Positions 1 to 12,404 of a stretch of DNA of 64,000 nt are shown in pieces. Origin of the DNA: Octopus sinensis (Eukaryota); the NCBI RefSeq assembly GCF_006345805.1, contig NC_043001.1, positions 64,728,001 through 64,792,000 of the forward strand, written 5' to 3'. Position numbers and translations under genes: made by a program. The first letter of the stretch is position 1. Every line of letters begins with the position of its first letter. The notes beneath the pieces are model-generated. The model saw nothing but the letters and a program-made list of their open reading frames with translations, ran no database searches and was not told where the DNA came from.

Positions 1-113
1 TGAAACAGTTCTAGTCCTGTAGAAGCTCCTTCTATATAATAAATTAATTTTACTCTGCTATGTATTGAGTACCTTATTTACTGTGGTTAACCCCGAATCA
101 ACCCGGTACCTAC

Positions 114-146
<33 letters not shown>

Positions 147-299
147 TGCACATCTGTGTATGTATATATGAGTGTGTGTGTATATATGTACATATATTTG
201 TATATGTGTATGTGAGTGAAAATACATATCTGTGTGTGTGTGTGTCTGAGTGTTAGTTTGTATATTTGATGTATATGTGAATGACCATGTAAGTGTATG

Positions 300-700
300 T
301 ATGGGCTGATTCTTAAAGATCAGCTAAGGATAATCACATGTGTAACCAGCCATGAAGAACAAACCAACAGTACAAAGAAACTAAATGCCAACCACTTTAA
401 CAGTAGCAGAATCACCATCCCCTTTCATCTACACATTCAAAACAGTTTGCCAATGGCCCTTCAGCAACATCACACCTTAATAAACTCAGTGGCTACTACC
501 AACTTCAGGCCATGACAGATAGAGAGGATGGTTTTGAAGTCAAGAATTTGAACTTACAAAGACAATATTTGCATATCATCTGAGGAAGCACAACTAGATC
601 TCATAATGCTGAGAAATGGTTGCATAATCAAGTACCCACACACTTGGAGAACTATGTTGTGTAGAAACAATTGTAGTGATTGAAAATAAATGTCTAAATG
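300..700 (+). mobile_element. Possible Penelope-like element 3' remnant (very decayed)
   Basis: Short reading frame ending ...TNFRP, loosely like a PLE C-terminus, followed by a CTGAGGA-AGCA..TGCT motif and AATAAA; weak similarity only. Confidence 0.3.
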
Positions 701-871
701 TACTCCTTGTTGACTACTAATGTTTTCAGTTATCTATTCACACACAACAGAAGCCCAAATGCAAACCTGGATGTACGTATAATACCACTACTGGATAGCA
801 CAATGTGAAATCTGATGGTGGATGAGCTTTATACTGTACTCTACTATGTTCTTAACAGAATATACCATAAC

Positions 872-904
<33 letters not shown>

Positions 905-920
905 ATATATATAGCAGAAT

Positions 921-1898
921 ATTGTTACGAATCACCTGCCGTCGCTCAAACTCTTCGGAAACCCGGGACCCTACCAAGTCGAGCGACGACGATTGACCAG
1001 CTCGATCAAACGGGGAATTCGCCAGGGAAAGAGAGAATTCGGTGGGAGAGAATGGCAGCGAACCCGGCAACTGGCGACCGGAGAGAACAACAACAACAAC
1101 AGCAGGAAGAGATACAGAGAGAGACGGCGGAAGGCAATTGGCTTACATTTAACAACAGTTTATGACAATCATTACAACATCAAAGAAAATACATGCAAGA
1201 AAACAAGAAAACAACAAATCAAAACATGCAGATACAATTCAATGTTCAAATCAGATAATGTTCACGATACAGTTCAGAGACAACAGTTCAAATCAGTTCA
1301 ATGTTCTACATTAGTCCCTCTCTTTCTTTTTCTTTTCAACACAGTTCTTTCTTTTTCCTCTTTCCTTCTTTCTCTTTTTTTTTCACATCAATTCTCTTTT
1401 CTTTAACAACTCTTTTTAACACAATTCACATCAAAACATAAACAACACATACCGTTACAGTTTCTAGTTACAACAATTTCAGAAACTCCCACTACGAATA
1501 GCCAATGCCTTCATGCCGTAATCCCTCTCTCTTGCTCCACATGTTCCCAATGCTTATCTGTCTGTTTTCCTCTACGCTGTCATCCTCTCGCTTGTTATAT
1601 CTCACATTCCTGTCTGTCTTTCTCAACGATGTAGTTGCCTTTCCCATCGCCACCTTCCTGGCTTACCGTCCGTGTCACTCCGGTCTCTGGCCAAAACTGA
1701 CGGCCGACTGCTTGCAATCCCTACTGCCGACTGACTGACAAACTCCCAGCGCATCGCATTTTAAAGGGTGGTCTCTTAAACTTTCCTTGACCGGCACAGG
1801 GCTAAAGGTCACTTCCTAAATACATAAATTTCCCCAGAAACTGGCATAACAAAAGATTTACCCGGCTGCTTGACACCAAATCACAAAAGTAGGTCACA
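921..1898 (-). mobile_element. Putative solo LTR (Gypsy-like)
   Basis: GC-richer ~980 bp block bounded by TGTTAC... and ...GTCACA (TG..CA termini); no coding capacity; no TSD found. Confidence 0.45.
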
Positions 1899-2391
1899 GC
1901 ACTCTTATTTTCTGAACTGAACTGACCTCCATATCAATATGTTTGGTTGATGATTCACTTCATTGCTACTCAGTTTGTCTTGCTAGGTATAATTCTTAAG
2001 ATGACTTAGAGTTGGATAGGGAAACTTAGTTGAGGATTTACAAGATAAAAGCTAGATGCATATTTTCATTGGACATGATGAGATGCACAATAATGTAGGA
2101 CTGGTGAAACTCTAATAGATGAAGAGTTCTGTAGAAAAGGCCATTCTGATTGTTATTTGTACAGGAGGGACATATACATGATGCAACCAGATCATCAATG
2201 CAGTGCTGTAGAGAGGGGAATTACTACAACAACATACCTAAATCATATGAACCAAGGAAATGCACACTTTATTTGACATAAAATTATAACATCTTCATTT
2301 AACAAGAGATTCCTAAAAAGTTTCTTATTGCTAACTGGAGAATAATTGCTGCACCAGCTACATGGATCCTTCACTGAAGACTAAAAGTATA

Positions 2392-2580
2392 TCATCATCA
2401 TCTTTTATAGTCTACCATGCTGACATGGATTGGATGCTTCAGTAGGATCTGACAGGTTGTAGAACTGTGCTATACTCCAGTGCCCACTTTAGCATGGTTT
2501 CTACAACTGGATACCTTTCCTAATGCAACTGCTTTACAGACTGTATTAGATACGTTTTTTTATGGCACCAGCACTAGTGA
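2392..2580 (-). mobile_element. Decayed RTE LINE 3' end with (CAT)n tail
   Basis: (CAT)n followed by a diverged match to the RTE 3' terminus seen at 16710, 49850 and 57337. Confidence 0.7.
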
Positions 2581-2877
2581 AGTTACTCAAAGATCAGAAG
2601 ACTAAAATCCCCTTCAGTTGAGTGGCAATGCAGTAAAGAGAGAGACAGCTTTATATTAGGTGATCAGATATTAAAGTATGAAAGAAGTGGACAGAACAGC
2701 AGAGTGGAGCTGGAAAAAAGATAAAGATGGTGATTACTAGGACGAGTCCTCAATGTGCAAGAAGGTAAATAGAAGTGGGTAGAGATAGATGAAGAGGAAG
2801 GGTGGGTGATTAGAGGGTGCAAGAGCATTTGGGGAAAGTAATGAATGATTAAAGATAGGTAGTGATGGGGTATCATC

Positions 2878-4520
2878 ACCATCATCATTTAACAGCCATC
2901 TTCCCTGATGGCCAACTTTCCTCTTATGACCAACTTTTCTCTCAGCACATTTGCACTTTGTTGCATATACATTAGAGGGTGCAAGTCATCACATGTCCTC
3001 TGTATTCAGGGTCCATGTCTCACTACTGTGGAGCATAGCCATTCATACAATCAGCCTTTCACTCTGAGCCTTTTGTTGTTACAAAGGTAATAGTTGTCTG
3101 AACTTCTTCCATCCTATTCTATTCTTATTCTAGTAACAATACTTTCAGAACATCCTCCTACACCACTAATTTGATCACTTGGGTAACAGAAACTATCTAC
3201 AATCTCAAGGAAAATCTAATTCCCATGTGTCCTTAGTGTTTATTGTTCCTACATATCTGCCACATACAAAGACTACTTTCTCTGCTAATCTACCTGTGAT
3301 TCCACTGCATCTCTTATGTGTCCATAGCTTCCACTGGGTGCAGTGAATGGAATTCCTTATAACATCTTTCCTACTTATTGCGTAGGGCCATTTACCTGAC
3401 TGAAAGAGTCTTATCCGTTTTCTTGCTAACAACTTTGGTCTTCACTAGATTGTTTGAGGCATTTTTTTCCGCACCTGGAATTTCTGTTATGGTTTAGATT
3501 TCATAAATAAGAAGGGACTGAGAACTAATCCCTGGTAAACTCCTACTTGTACAATAAATTTGTCACTGTACTCATGGCTAACTCTCACTCTACTGGCAGC
3601 ACCCTTAAACATGGATGGTACGGCTCTAACAAGCCACTCCTCTACTCCTAAATTCCTTAGAGATCAGCAGATAACAGAATGAAGGACTCTGTCAAAAGAG
3701 TTCTGCTGGTTGATGAAAGCCATGTACAATGGTTTACTTTTGGCTAGATTCTTCTGCAGCTATCTCACTAGGAAGAGTACTTTCCTGGCACAAGACATCT
3801 AATTTAATTCTATTCCTAATTAATTGTCTATAACTTTCTCTGTGACTTTCATGACCTGACCCAGCTGTTTGATACCTCTGTAATTGTTTCTGAGGCACCA
3901 TTTTCACCTTTGTAGCAGCAAGTTACAATGCTACTCCATCAATCATTGGGGATGACACCTTCCTAGATAACCTGATTAACTATACGGGTGACTAGGTTGT
4001 ATCCTACTCTACAAGATATTTTAAGCATTGCAGTAGTGATTCCTGATGGTCCAAGAGCTTTCCCTGTCTTCATATCCATAATTGCTTTACTACTGTCAAC
4101 TTGGATAGCTGATCTCTCAGTTGGGTCCATATTTGAAAAACTCTCCTTTTTCCATGCATTCTCCACATTTGGCAGCCTTTTATAGTGGCCTTTTTCTTCT
4201 CAGCATACCATTATCCATTTACACACATTTCTTACCTACAACATCTCTATTCTTCCTGATACATTGCTTTGCAATCTAGAACATCTCACCACTTTGATCT
4301 TCATGTTTTAAAGCATTGGCAAATCTCTTACTTTTTGCTTTTCTTTTTGCTATGTAAACCTGTTGCCTTTCTTCCCCTCACTACTACCACCAATTTTCTA
4401 GTCTTTCCAGGCCTGTCTTTTTACTTTAATTGTGATGTCTACCTCCTTGTTCCACCTTTATATCACCCTCAGCCTGGCTGGGACGTTGCACCTGTCACAA
4501 ATTTGATCTGTAACCCTCAG
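2878..4520 (-). mobile_element. Degenerate RTE LINE (RT region)
   Basis: Fragments CTQWKLWTHKRCSGITGRL and MKTGKALGPSGITTAMLKIS match the ORF of the RTE at 57859-60944; many stops and frameshifts. Confidence 0.8.
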
Positions 4521-5029
4521 TAGGTTCTCCAAAAGGAGCTTCTAGTTGTCATGTAAGCTATATGTCTCCAACTCCTCCTCCTTCATGTTAGAAGCCTCTG
4601 TGGTACCAGCACTGGTGCTTTTTACATGGCACCAATACCAGCTGGGTTGCCAAGTAACTTGGAAGACAAAGATCCCTTGGCTAGAAGAGTAACATGTCTG
4701 TGCTATTTAGAGGTTAAAGTATAATAGAAGGATAGAGAGAGGTGTCTTATGATAGAGGAGATACTTGGCAACCCCAGTATGAAAAGAATAAAGAGGAAGA
4801 AGTGTTTGAAAGAAAGAAGAAACAGAGTGAGATAGAGATGGATGAGGTCAGAAATGTATCAAGATATACAAATTTAGTAAATACATACATACACACACAC
4901 ACACGCATACAACACTGTCAGCCAACATATTTATTGTAGAAACATTTAAGCAATATGAAAAAGACTAACTGTTCATGACTAAGTATATACTAACAATATT
5001 TAGTAATTTTATGTACATACATATGTATG

Positions 5030-5105
5030 TACGTACATACATACATACATACATACATACATACATACATACATACATACATACATACATACATGCATGC
5101 ATACA
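5030..5105. repeat. (TACA)n microsatellite
   Basis: Direct reading. Confidence 0.95.
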
Positions 5106-5772
5106 TATCTACTGATGAGACATGATGTTGTAGCTAGAACACCATATAATGAAATCCATTGGCAGGATAACCCCGAGGACAAAGAAATAAGAACCCACAG
5201 TACGGTAGAAGCCATAGCCACTCATAATAAAAAGGGGCACTAGTGGAATATCCCAATGAAAATCTCAAAGTGTAAGCACAACAGACCTGATATAATGATT
5301 TGGGACAGAGGATAGAAACTGTGTACAGTTGTGGAAATTAGCTGCCCAATGGATGTTAACATAAAGCTGAAGATCAGTGAAAAAGAGAATATCTTTGCTG
5401 AACTATTGAGAAATCTGCAATTATTCTATCCAGATTACAAGTTCAGGTTTATATCTGTAATTATTCGGGCACTGAGATATGTAACATACTGCCTAAATAC
5501 CAATTTTGAGAAATTAGGCTTCTCAAAACTAGAAAGCAGAAATCTGATTCAAGGACTATAGATCCAATCCATCAGTGGAACTGTAAAAATGTTTCCAGAA
5601 GTTTATCATTTAAGTATATATGAGCCTGTCTAGATATGCAAGTATATGCATGAGAAGACATACATACAAAAACACCCTTATGTTATTGAAATTCCATTGA
5701 AGGAGTCTTGGATCTAGGTTAGAAATTGGCTCTTTCTCTATTGGCAAGAAATCTTGAAATAATATTGATTAA
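5106..5772 (+). mobile_element. 5'-truncated R4/Dong-like LINE with restriction-like endonuclease
   Basis: RHDVVA, then HNRPDIMIWD..VVEISCPMDVNI..K..EK..(F)AEL (PD-(D/E)xK-type RLE); 3' UTR shared with 16120-16410. Confidence 0.8.
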
Positions 5773-5789
5773 TGACATACATACATACA

Positions 5790-5968
5790 ACATGGCATTG
5801 AACACATGCTGGCATAGAGGACTATTCATTCACCTGGATAATGAATACTGTCTCCTATAATCTTTGTTGTTAATGCAAGCCTGGTAAAAGAAATGGATAT
5901 TTTATTTGAGTAAATGCAAAGAATTAACCTTTTTTGAAAAGATCGTAGCTGTAATCAAACAATGAAAT
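5790..5968 (+). mobile_element. 5' end fragment of R4/Dong-like element
   Basis: Aligns by eye with 31175-31360 (gagtaaatgcaaaga...gtaatcaaaca.tgaaatacat). Confidence 0.6.
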
Positions 5969-6510
5969 ACATCATCATCATCATCATCATCATTTAACAT
6001 CCGCTTTCCATGCTGGTATAAGTTGGACAATTTGACTGAGGACTGGCAAACCAGATGGCTGCACCAGGCTCCAATCTGATCTGGTAGAGTTTCTACAGCT
6101 GGATGCCCTTCCTAATGCCAACCACTCCGAGAGTGTAGTGGGTGCTTTTACGTGTCACCGGCATGAGGGCCAGTCAGGCGGTACTGGCAATGGTGTTTTT
6201 TTATGTGCCACCTACACAGGAGCCAGTCCAGCGGCACTGGCAATGACCTTGCTCAAATGTTTTTTCATGTGCCACCGGCACAAGTGTCAGTAAGGCGATG
6301 CTGGTAATGATCACATTTGAATGGTGCTTTTTTTACATGCCACCGGCATGGAAGCTCTGGCAACGATCACACTCTGATTGTGCTCTTAGCTCTCCACTTG
6401 CATGGATGCCAGTCATCGAATTTGATTTTGATTTCACTTACCTCAACAGGTCTTTGCAAGCAGAGTTTAGTGTCCAATGAAGGAAAGGTACGCATAAGTG
6501 GACTGCCTTT
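5969..6510 (-). mobile_element. RTE LINE 3' UTR with (CAT)n tail
   Basis: (CAT)n + tttaacatccgctttccatgc..., internal repeats and caatgaaggaaaggtacgcata match 57337-57830. Confidence 0.85.
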
Positions 6511-6599
6511 TATATTCTCTTTGAGAATGGGGATAATTTTCTGAAATAGTGTTCTGAATATATTATAGAGTTTTTAATGCATTAGGAGAAGGTCATATG

Positions 6600-7077
6600 C
6601 TTAGCTGATGTATATTTTTAGGTTGTAAACATTTATAAAAATAGAGTCCACTGTGATCCGTATGTAGGAGAGGTGCAGCCGGAAGGTAAATATCCAAATG
6701 AATCCGTAAATGGTAGATAATAAGTAGATAAAGATTAGATAAAGAGTCCAGTGGAGAAGTTCATAGTGGTAAGGGATGACAGGATCAACATGTGCGACCA
6801 CGTGAGTGTGTAATATATATAGGGAGAGTTTACGAAAAAACAAAAGACGAAGACAGGTGGTGTACAAAACAAACAGATGTATTAGTATAATGCTCAGGAA
6901 TAGAAAAAGTCTTTCACATTTCGAGCCTACGCTCTTCTACAGAAAGGGACACAGAAAACAAGGAGAGAAAAATGTGTGTAGTGGCTAATGATTCCTGAGC
7001 ATTATACTAATACATCTGTTTGTTTTGTACACCACCTGTCTTTGTCTTTTGTTGTTTATTTTGTAAACTCTCCCTAT
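6600..7077 (-). mobile_element. Penelope-like pseudo-LTR with inverted partial copy
   Basis: Inverted repeat arms 6819-6901 and 6991-7077; sequence matches the PLE termini at 39720-39900 and 41840-42030. Confidence 0.7.
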
Positions 7078-8029
7078 TTATAAAAATATTTTTTCTTAAA
7101 GTCAAAAATGCAGTAAATAATTTATCCTAAACACTTTCATGCTGAACTGTTCCACATAAATTTTTCTTTTTAGGTCTACAAACTTTTCCTTTTTGTTTGT
7201 TTTTGCACCATTTTGTGTCTACGAATTATGATTATGGACAATGTTGTTCTCACTGTCTTTTTTGTATTCATATTTGTACATCTTTTTTCTGTTACACCTA
7301 TTTTGATTTTACATTTTTATAAGATGTTTGTAGTTCTCTTGTGAGAATCACACTAGTTCCAGGGTGATGTTGCGAGATCAAATTCTATTATTGCGTATTT
7401 GAAAACATTAAGTTAATTTATATAGGCTCATTACACTAATCTCTAGTAATTGGTTAACATACCTATCAAATGAGTTATTGGACATTTATTGAACCCTGTG
7501 TTGTGATTAGTTGAGTGTTGCTTGGGAATTGGATTGGAGATCCAGTCATGTTGCATGTAATATATTTCAAACAACCAATCTTGTATGTGCTCTGGAACCT
7601 CTTTTTTTCCATAAATTAGTGCAACAAATTATTTATGAGTCAGAGGGGTGAGAGTTTTTCATGAAGACAAGTTATGCAGATTCTGCCATTTTTAGAGGAG
7701 AATTGATATATAACAGATATTGATATATAACCTTTAACCAATGATGACTTAAGCTGAAGGATGATGGATGGACAACAACCAACAAAATTTGTAATATTTC
7801 TTGCTTTGATCTACTGTGCTACTTTATGAAGGAATAAAGTCCCACTGTTATTTTAAAGTTGGTTTCTTTTGTTATTTCTATGAATGAATATGCAAAATAT
7901 ATTATACAATAATATGCACGATTCTTTAGTAAAACCAAGGGAAACTTTAACCAATGTAAAAACATCAACAGACTCAGGAAAAGGATAGGACAGTTGGATA
8001 CTATCAGTGCATGCATTGATAGTTCAACC

Positions 8030-8145
8030 AACTCACCCACATATTTACAAGCACCAGGAATTCTCTTAACATAAAAAGTCTTGTTGCTTCGTTAGCAACC
8101 ACCTTCAACTCTCTCAAGCACTTAAATTAACCTTAAAGAAAAATC
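8030..8145 (+). mobile_element. 3' UTR fragment of R4/Dong-like element, followed by (CA)n
   Basis: aaaaagtcttgttgctt..ttag..acca.ctt.aa.tctct matches 33935-33990. Confidence 0.55.
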
Positions 8146-8799
8146 ATACACACACACACACACACACACATGCACACACACACACACACACACACAACTG
8201 TCAGCCAACATATTTATTGTACAAATGTTTAAGCAATAAGAAAGGACTAGCTGTTCACGGTCTTAACAGTGAAATGGCAACAGGGAGTGAGTAAATTGGC
8301 AAAGAAGTCACGTATTTTACAATCAGACAAACTTTCAGAGAGGACACTTGCAGTAAAAAAACAAAAGTGACTATGATATTGGTGTTTGAAAACCACGCTA
8401 AAGCAGACATTAGAGCTTGATGCAGTCCTCTGCTAGATACATCCTGCCGAGCCATCCAAACCATGTCAGCATGGAAAATAGACATTAAATGATAACAACG
8501 AGGATAATGGCAAACAATGTGGAGGAGTGGTTGATGGTAAATATGAGATGAAGGGAATCTGACTGGGTAGGGTTGAGGGGGTAAATGTAGTGAATAGAGA
8601 ACAAGAGTGAAGGGGTAGTCACTATGAGTTGGAGGGAAGGTAGTGGAGAGTAAATGATGATTGGCAGTTCAGAAAAGGGTGAAGAACAGTAGAATAGTAA
8701 TACTAATGCTGTAGACAGGGAAAAATCAAAGAGAGGGAGATGTGTGGGTTGGTAAATTGGTACTTTGAACACTCATCCAACAGTCATCTCCTATATGTA

Positions 8800-9167
8800 T
8801 CATATGCCTGTACCAGCAGTCTCCTCTCTCACACACTATACTTAATTACTCTTATATCTGGTTTTTCTCTCAGCTCATCTGAATTCTAGTATTCATGCAC
8901 ACTAACATTACACATCCATGCTGGCTTTATTTCTTTCTAGTCTTCACAAGTCATTTGCATTCAAGGTCTATGTCACTAATATGCAGCATCGTAGTTCTAA
9001 TACAAGCATCATACAATCTATCTTCCATTCTAAGTAAAACTTTTGTTGCCAGTAGAGATAATATCTCCCTGAACTTTTTCCTACCTGTTCTTATTCTTGC
9101 TACTATACATGCTGAACAACCACCTCCTTTGCAAATTGTATTAGCTAGGTAAAAGAAATTATTGATG
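8800..9167 (-). mobile_element. RTE LINE remnant interrupted by a Gypsy element; continues at 12061-12400
   Basis: GGGCSACIVARIRTGRKKFREIL...LYDACIRTTMLH; flanks rejoin to read GSLEVINNFFYL. Confidence 0.8.
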
Positions 9168-9171
9168 ACTT

Positions 9172-12056
9172 TGAAGTTAGCACTTGATGGGTGCTTCACA
9201 ATTCCTTACATAGTCATGGAAAGGAAAATAGCGGGAACAAGAATCTCTGAACAAATAACGATGATAATTTATTTCGCTGAAATAAGCATTTCATCTCCGG
9301 ACATCAGTAGCCTGGTCGCCTTGGGGGTGGAAGCAGGCACAAAATACGAAGGCATTCTCAGACTCGCAACGTCACTCTCTATCAGAATTCCATCTCCATG
9401 TAGCTAATCCTTGTTGCATCCATCTCCATCAGCAGCAGGGGGCGAAGAGAGAGAATAGCGGTCAAGCCTAGCTGCTGCTGATGACTGCGCTGCACATAAG
9501 GGGCTTCCGGAAGACTAATCCCTGTGCATGCATGGATGAAAATCCCAAAATGGCGTCTGGAACCAGGTGTCACTACAAGGCTCACCCTTGAGTGAAGAAG
9601 CACGAAAATAGAAAGATTGTAGTGGCGCCAGAAACAAGATGGCTACCGATCACCCACAAGATGTGGCACAAAATATGACAACTCAAAAAAATGTAATCAC
9701 AATATAAATGAGCATGCACAAAAAATTTTTTTTTTTTACAAAATGTTCAATAACAAAACATTGAAAATGTCCAGTACACAAAAGAACACCTGTCTGTCAC
9801 AGGAAATACAATAGAGAATGTCAAATGTAAATAGTCTTTGCAATTTTCTTGGGCCAGTGAACAGTTCGGCCAGTCCTGGTGACATAAGATCTGCTCAAGG
9901 CAGGTTGCGACAACGAAGGTGGTGTTGTAGGTGCTGGTGTTGTCAAAGGTGCATGTGGAGGTGATGTCAAAGGTGCATGTGGAGGGGATGTCAAAGGTGC
10001 ATGTGTGGGTGATGATGTTGGCAAAGGTGCATGCGACAATTCATGAAATAAAAAAGCTTCAAACTGGTGTCTGTGATCAGTAGTTAATCTGGACGGAACT
10101 CCGAAGTGGAAAATCCAGTTAGAGACAAAAGCTTCAGCAACAGATTCAGCAGAAATGTCTGCTATTGGAATGGCTTCTGGCCAACAAGAGAAACGATTGA
10201 CACAGGTCAAGATATAAGAGAATCCGCGATTCACAGGCCATGGTCCAACCAGATCAATGTGGACATGGCAAAAACGGGCCTCTGGGGGAGAAAACTGTCC
10301 AAGAGGAGCGCGAATATGCCTGTGGATTTTAGAACACTGACATTTTACACAAGAGCGTGCCCAATCGGTGATTATCCGGCGCATATTAGGCCAGAAAAAC
10401 TGAGCCATAATAAGCTTCACCGAGGCAGCGATGCCAGGATGTGACAGTGAATACAAAACTGAGGCAGTGTGCAGGATTGCAGAATATGTACAAAACATAC
10501 ATGAAAAGGCAAAGGTTAAAACAAAATTCTGAGACGCAGAATGTCTAACATGCAAGTGTGATAACAACTGTCCAGGAAACTGGAAATCACAGGATGCAAG
10601 AGTCAAAATGTTTGAAATGCAATGTTGGCTGCTGAGACACGAGCAGTGCCAAGTATTTGCCTGCAAGGGCAGTGAGTCACTTGCAGACTTGCAGTGGAAA
10701 AAAAAAATGTTGTTAGTCCACAAGACTGGTAGGTCGCTTGCAGTGGCTAGGGTTGTAAGCCTGCAAGAGTGGTGGGTCGCTTGCAGAGGCTAGGGTTGTA
10801 AGCCTGCAAGAGTGGTAAGAAAACGATTACAATATTAGAATGTGGTGCATGTGTGTATGAATATTGAAACAAGTTAACATATAATATACACAATATTCAA
10901 AAAAATATGTACATACATAGATGAAGTCCTGAAAAAGGAAGTGATATGCAAAGGAAAGTGAAAAAAAAAAAACCGATAGAAATGCAATACAATGCGCGGC
11001 TGAGGAAGAGAGAATAACAGCAGCAATTGCCGTGTCTGATGCAGTTCCGTAATAGACTTTTGCATCCTAGACACAATGAAGCTAGGAGAAATGCTGTGAG
11101 AAGTCTGTTCTTTTAGTACGAAAACAGTTGTCAGTTGAAAAAATTACCAGAAAATGGTGTGCAACTGGTAAAAATTCTCTTTCCACATGGTGCAATTCAA
11201 ATGTGGTGGCAGGATTTGATGACTGGAAGGTGATGGTCATCTTGCTAGAAGTTGATTCGGCTGAGGCATGTTATAATAATTTTGCTGAAGCATTTTATAA
11301 TGCGATGACAACTTGTTGCTGTCAGAAAACCCGTCAGGGGTCACCACTTTCAGTAAATAGTGAGGCATCTGCATTATAAATCTCGTGGCTGCCAAAAATC
11401 CTTTTCTGCATCTGGGGCCACCATTGTAGGACGTGATGTTGGCGTTGGTCTGTCTTCTTCTGTCCAGATTGTTGCGGCTTGATGTCAGTTGAAGAAATAG
11501 GGTGGACACAGACAGACGTGTAATTTCGGTGTTAGTGAATAAGCTCCGTTTTTCCTTTCACTGTGAAAACAGGCGCTAGAGAGTCTTCACTGCTAATGTC
11601 CTTCGTCTGGAGTCACCAATTGTAGGAAGTGAGGTTAGCACTTGATGGGTGCCTCACAATTCCTTACATAGTCATGGAAAGGAAAATAGCGGGAACAAGA
11701 ATCTCTGAACAAATAATGATAATAATTTATTTCGCTGAAATAAGCATTTCATCTCTGAACATTGGTAGCCTTGTCGCCTTGGGGTGGAAGTAGCAAGGTT
11801 AGTAGTCAGACACAAAATACAAAGGCATTCTCAGACTTGCAACATCGCTCACCATCAGAATTCCATCTCCACGTAGCTGATCCTTGTTGCATCCATCTCC
11901 GTCGGCAGCAGGGGGTGAAAAGAGAGAATAGCAGTCAAGCCTAGCTGCTGCTGATGACTGCGCATGTGCATAAGGGGCTTCCGGCAGGCCTTCCAGAAGA
12001 CTAATCCCTGTGTATGCGTGGATGAAAATCCCAAAATGGCGTCTGGAACCACTACA
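9172..12056 (-). mobile_element. Internally deleted Gypsy LTR retrotransposon with two LTRs
   Basis: Direct repeats 9172-9577 and 11621-12056; TSD ACTT at 9168-9171 and 12057-12060; PBS-like TGGTGACTCCAGACG; PPT-like AAGGGTGAGCC; integrase motifs. Confidence 0.95.
10030..10480 (-). pseudogene. Gypsy integrase fragment (HHCC zinc-binding part and start of catalytic core)
   Basis: HPG..FWPNM..CVKCQ..HVHIDLVGP..RFSCWPEAIP..FGVP.RLTTD in ORF 9821-10723; core truncated. Confidence 0.9.
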
Positions 12057-12404
12057 ACTTCTAATGAGCCAGCTGATGTGTTCCAGTGCATCTACCATAT
12101 ATAAAGTTTATGTTCTCAGTTATCCTGTCAGTGATTCCACTACATCTCATGTGCATCCATAGTATACACTAGGTACTGCATATTGAGTTTATACAAACTC
12201 TTTTTCTGAATATCAAGCAAAGCTTCTTTACTTTCAGAATATCCTCTATTACTGCTAATTATCTATGACCTAGTTTACTGAAGTTATCTATTACCTCTAA
12301 GGGTTGTCTTGGATATTTTAGAGAATCTATTTCCTGTACACTTTATATTGCCCAAAAAGTTGAGTGAGATTTGTTTCCAAGAAACTATTGAATTACTCTC
12401 AAAG

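Noticed and set aside
575-630. Hammerhead-like CTGAGGA-AGCA..TGCT-GAGAAA
   Set aside because: Extra GA before GAAA, and no convincing stem I or stem III; too decayed to call
2140-2200. QEDIYMMQPD resembling the Copia RT motif EEIYM.QP
   Set aside because: No other Copia motifs in frame nearby; may be chance
8520-8770. PLE coding remnant on the minus strand
   Set aside because: Only compositional resemblance to 38800-38950; no diagnostic motif
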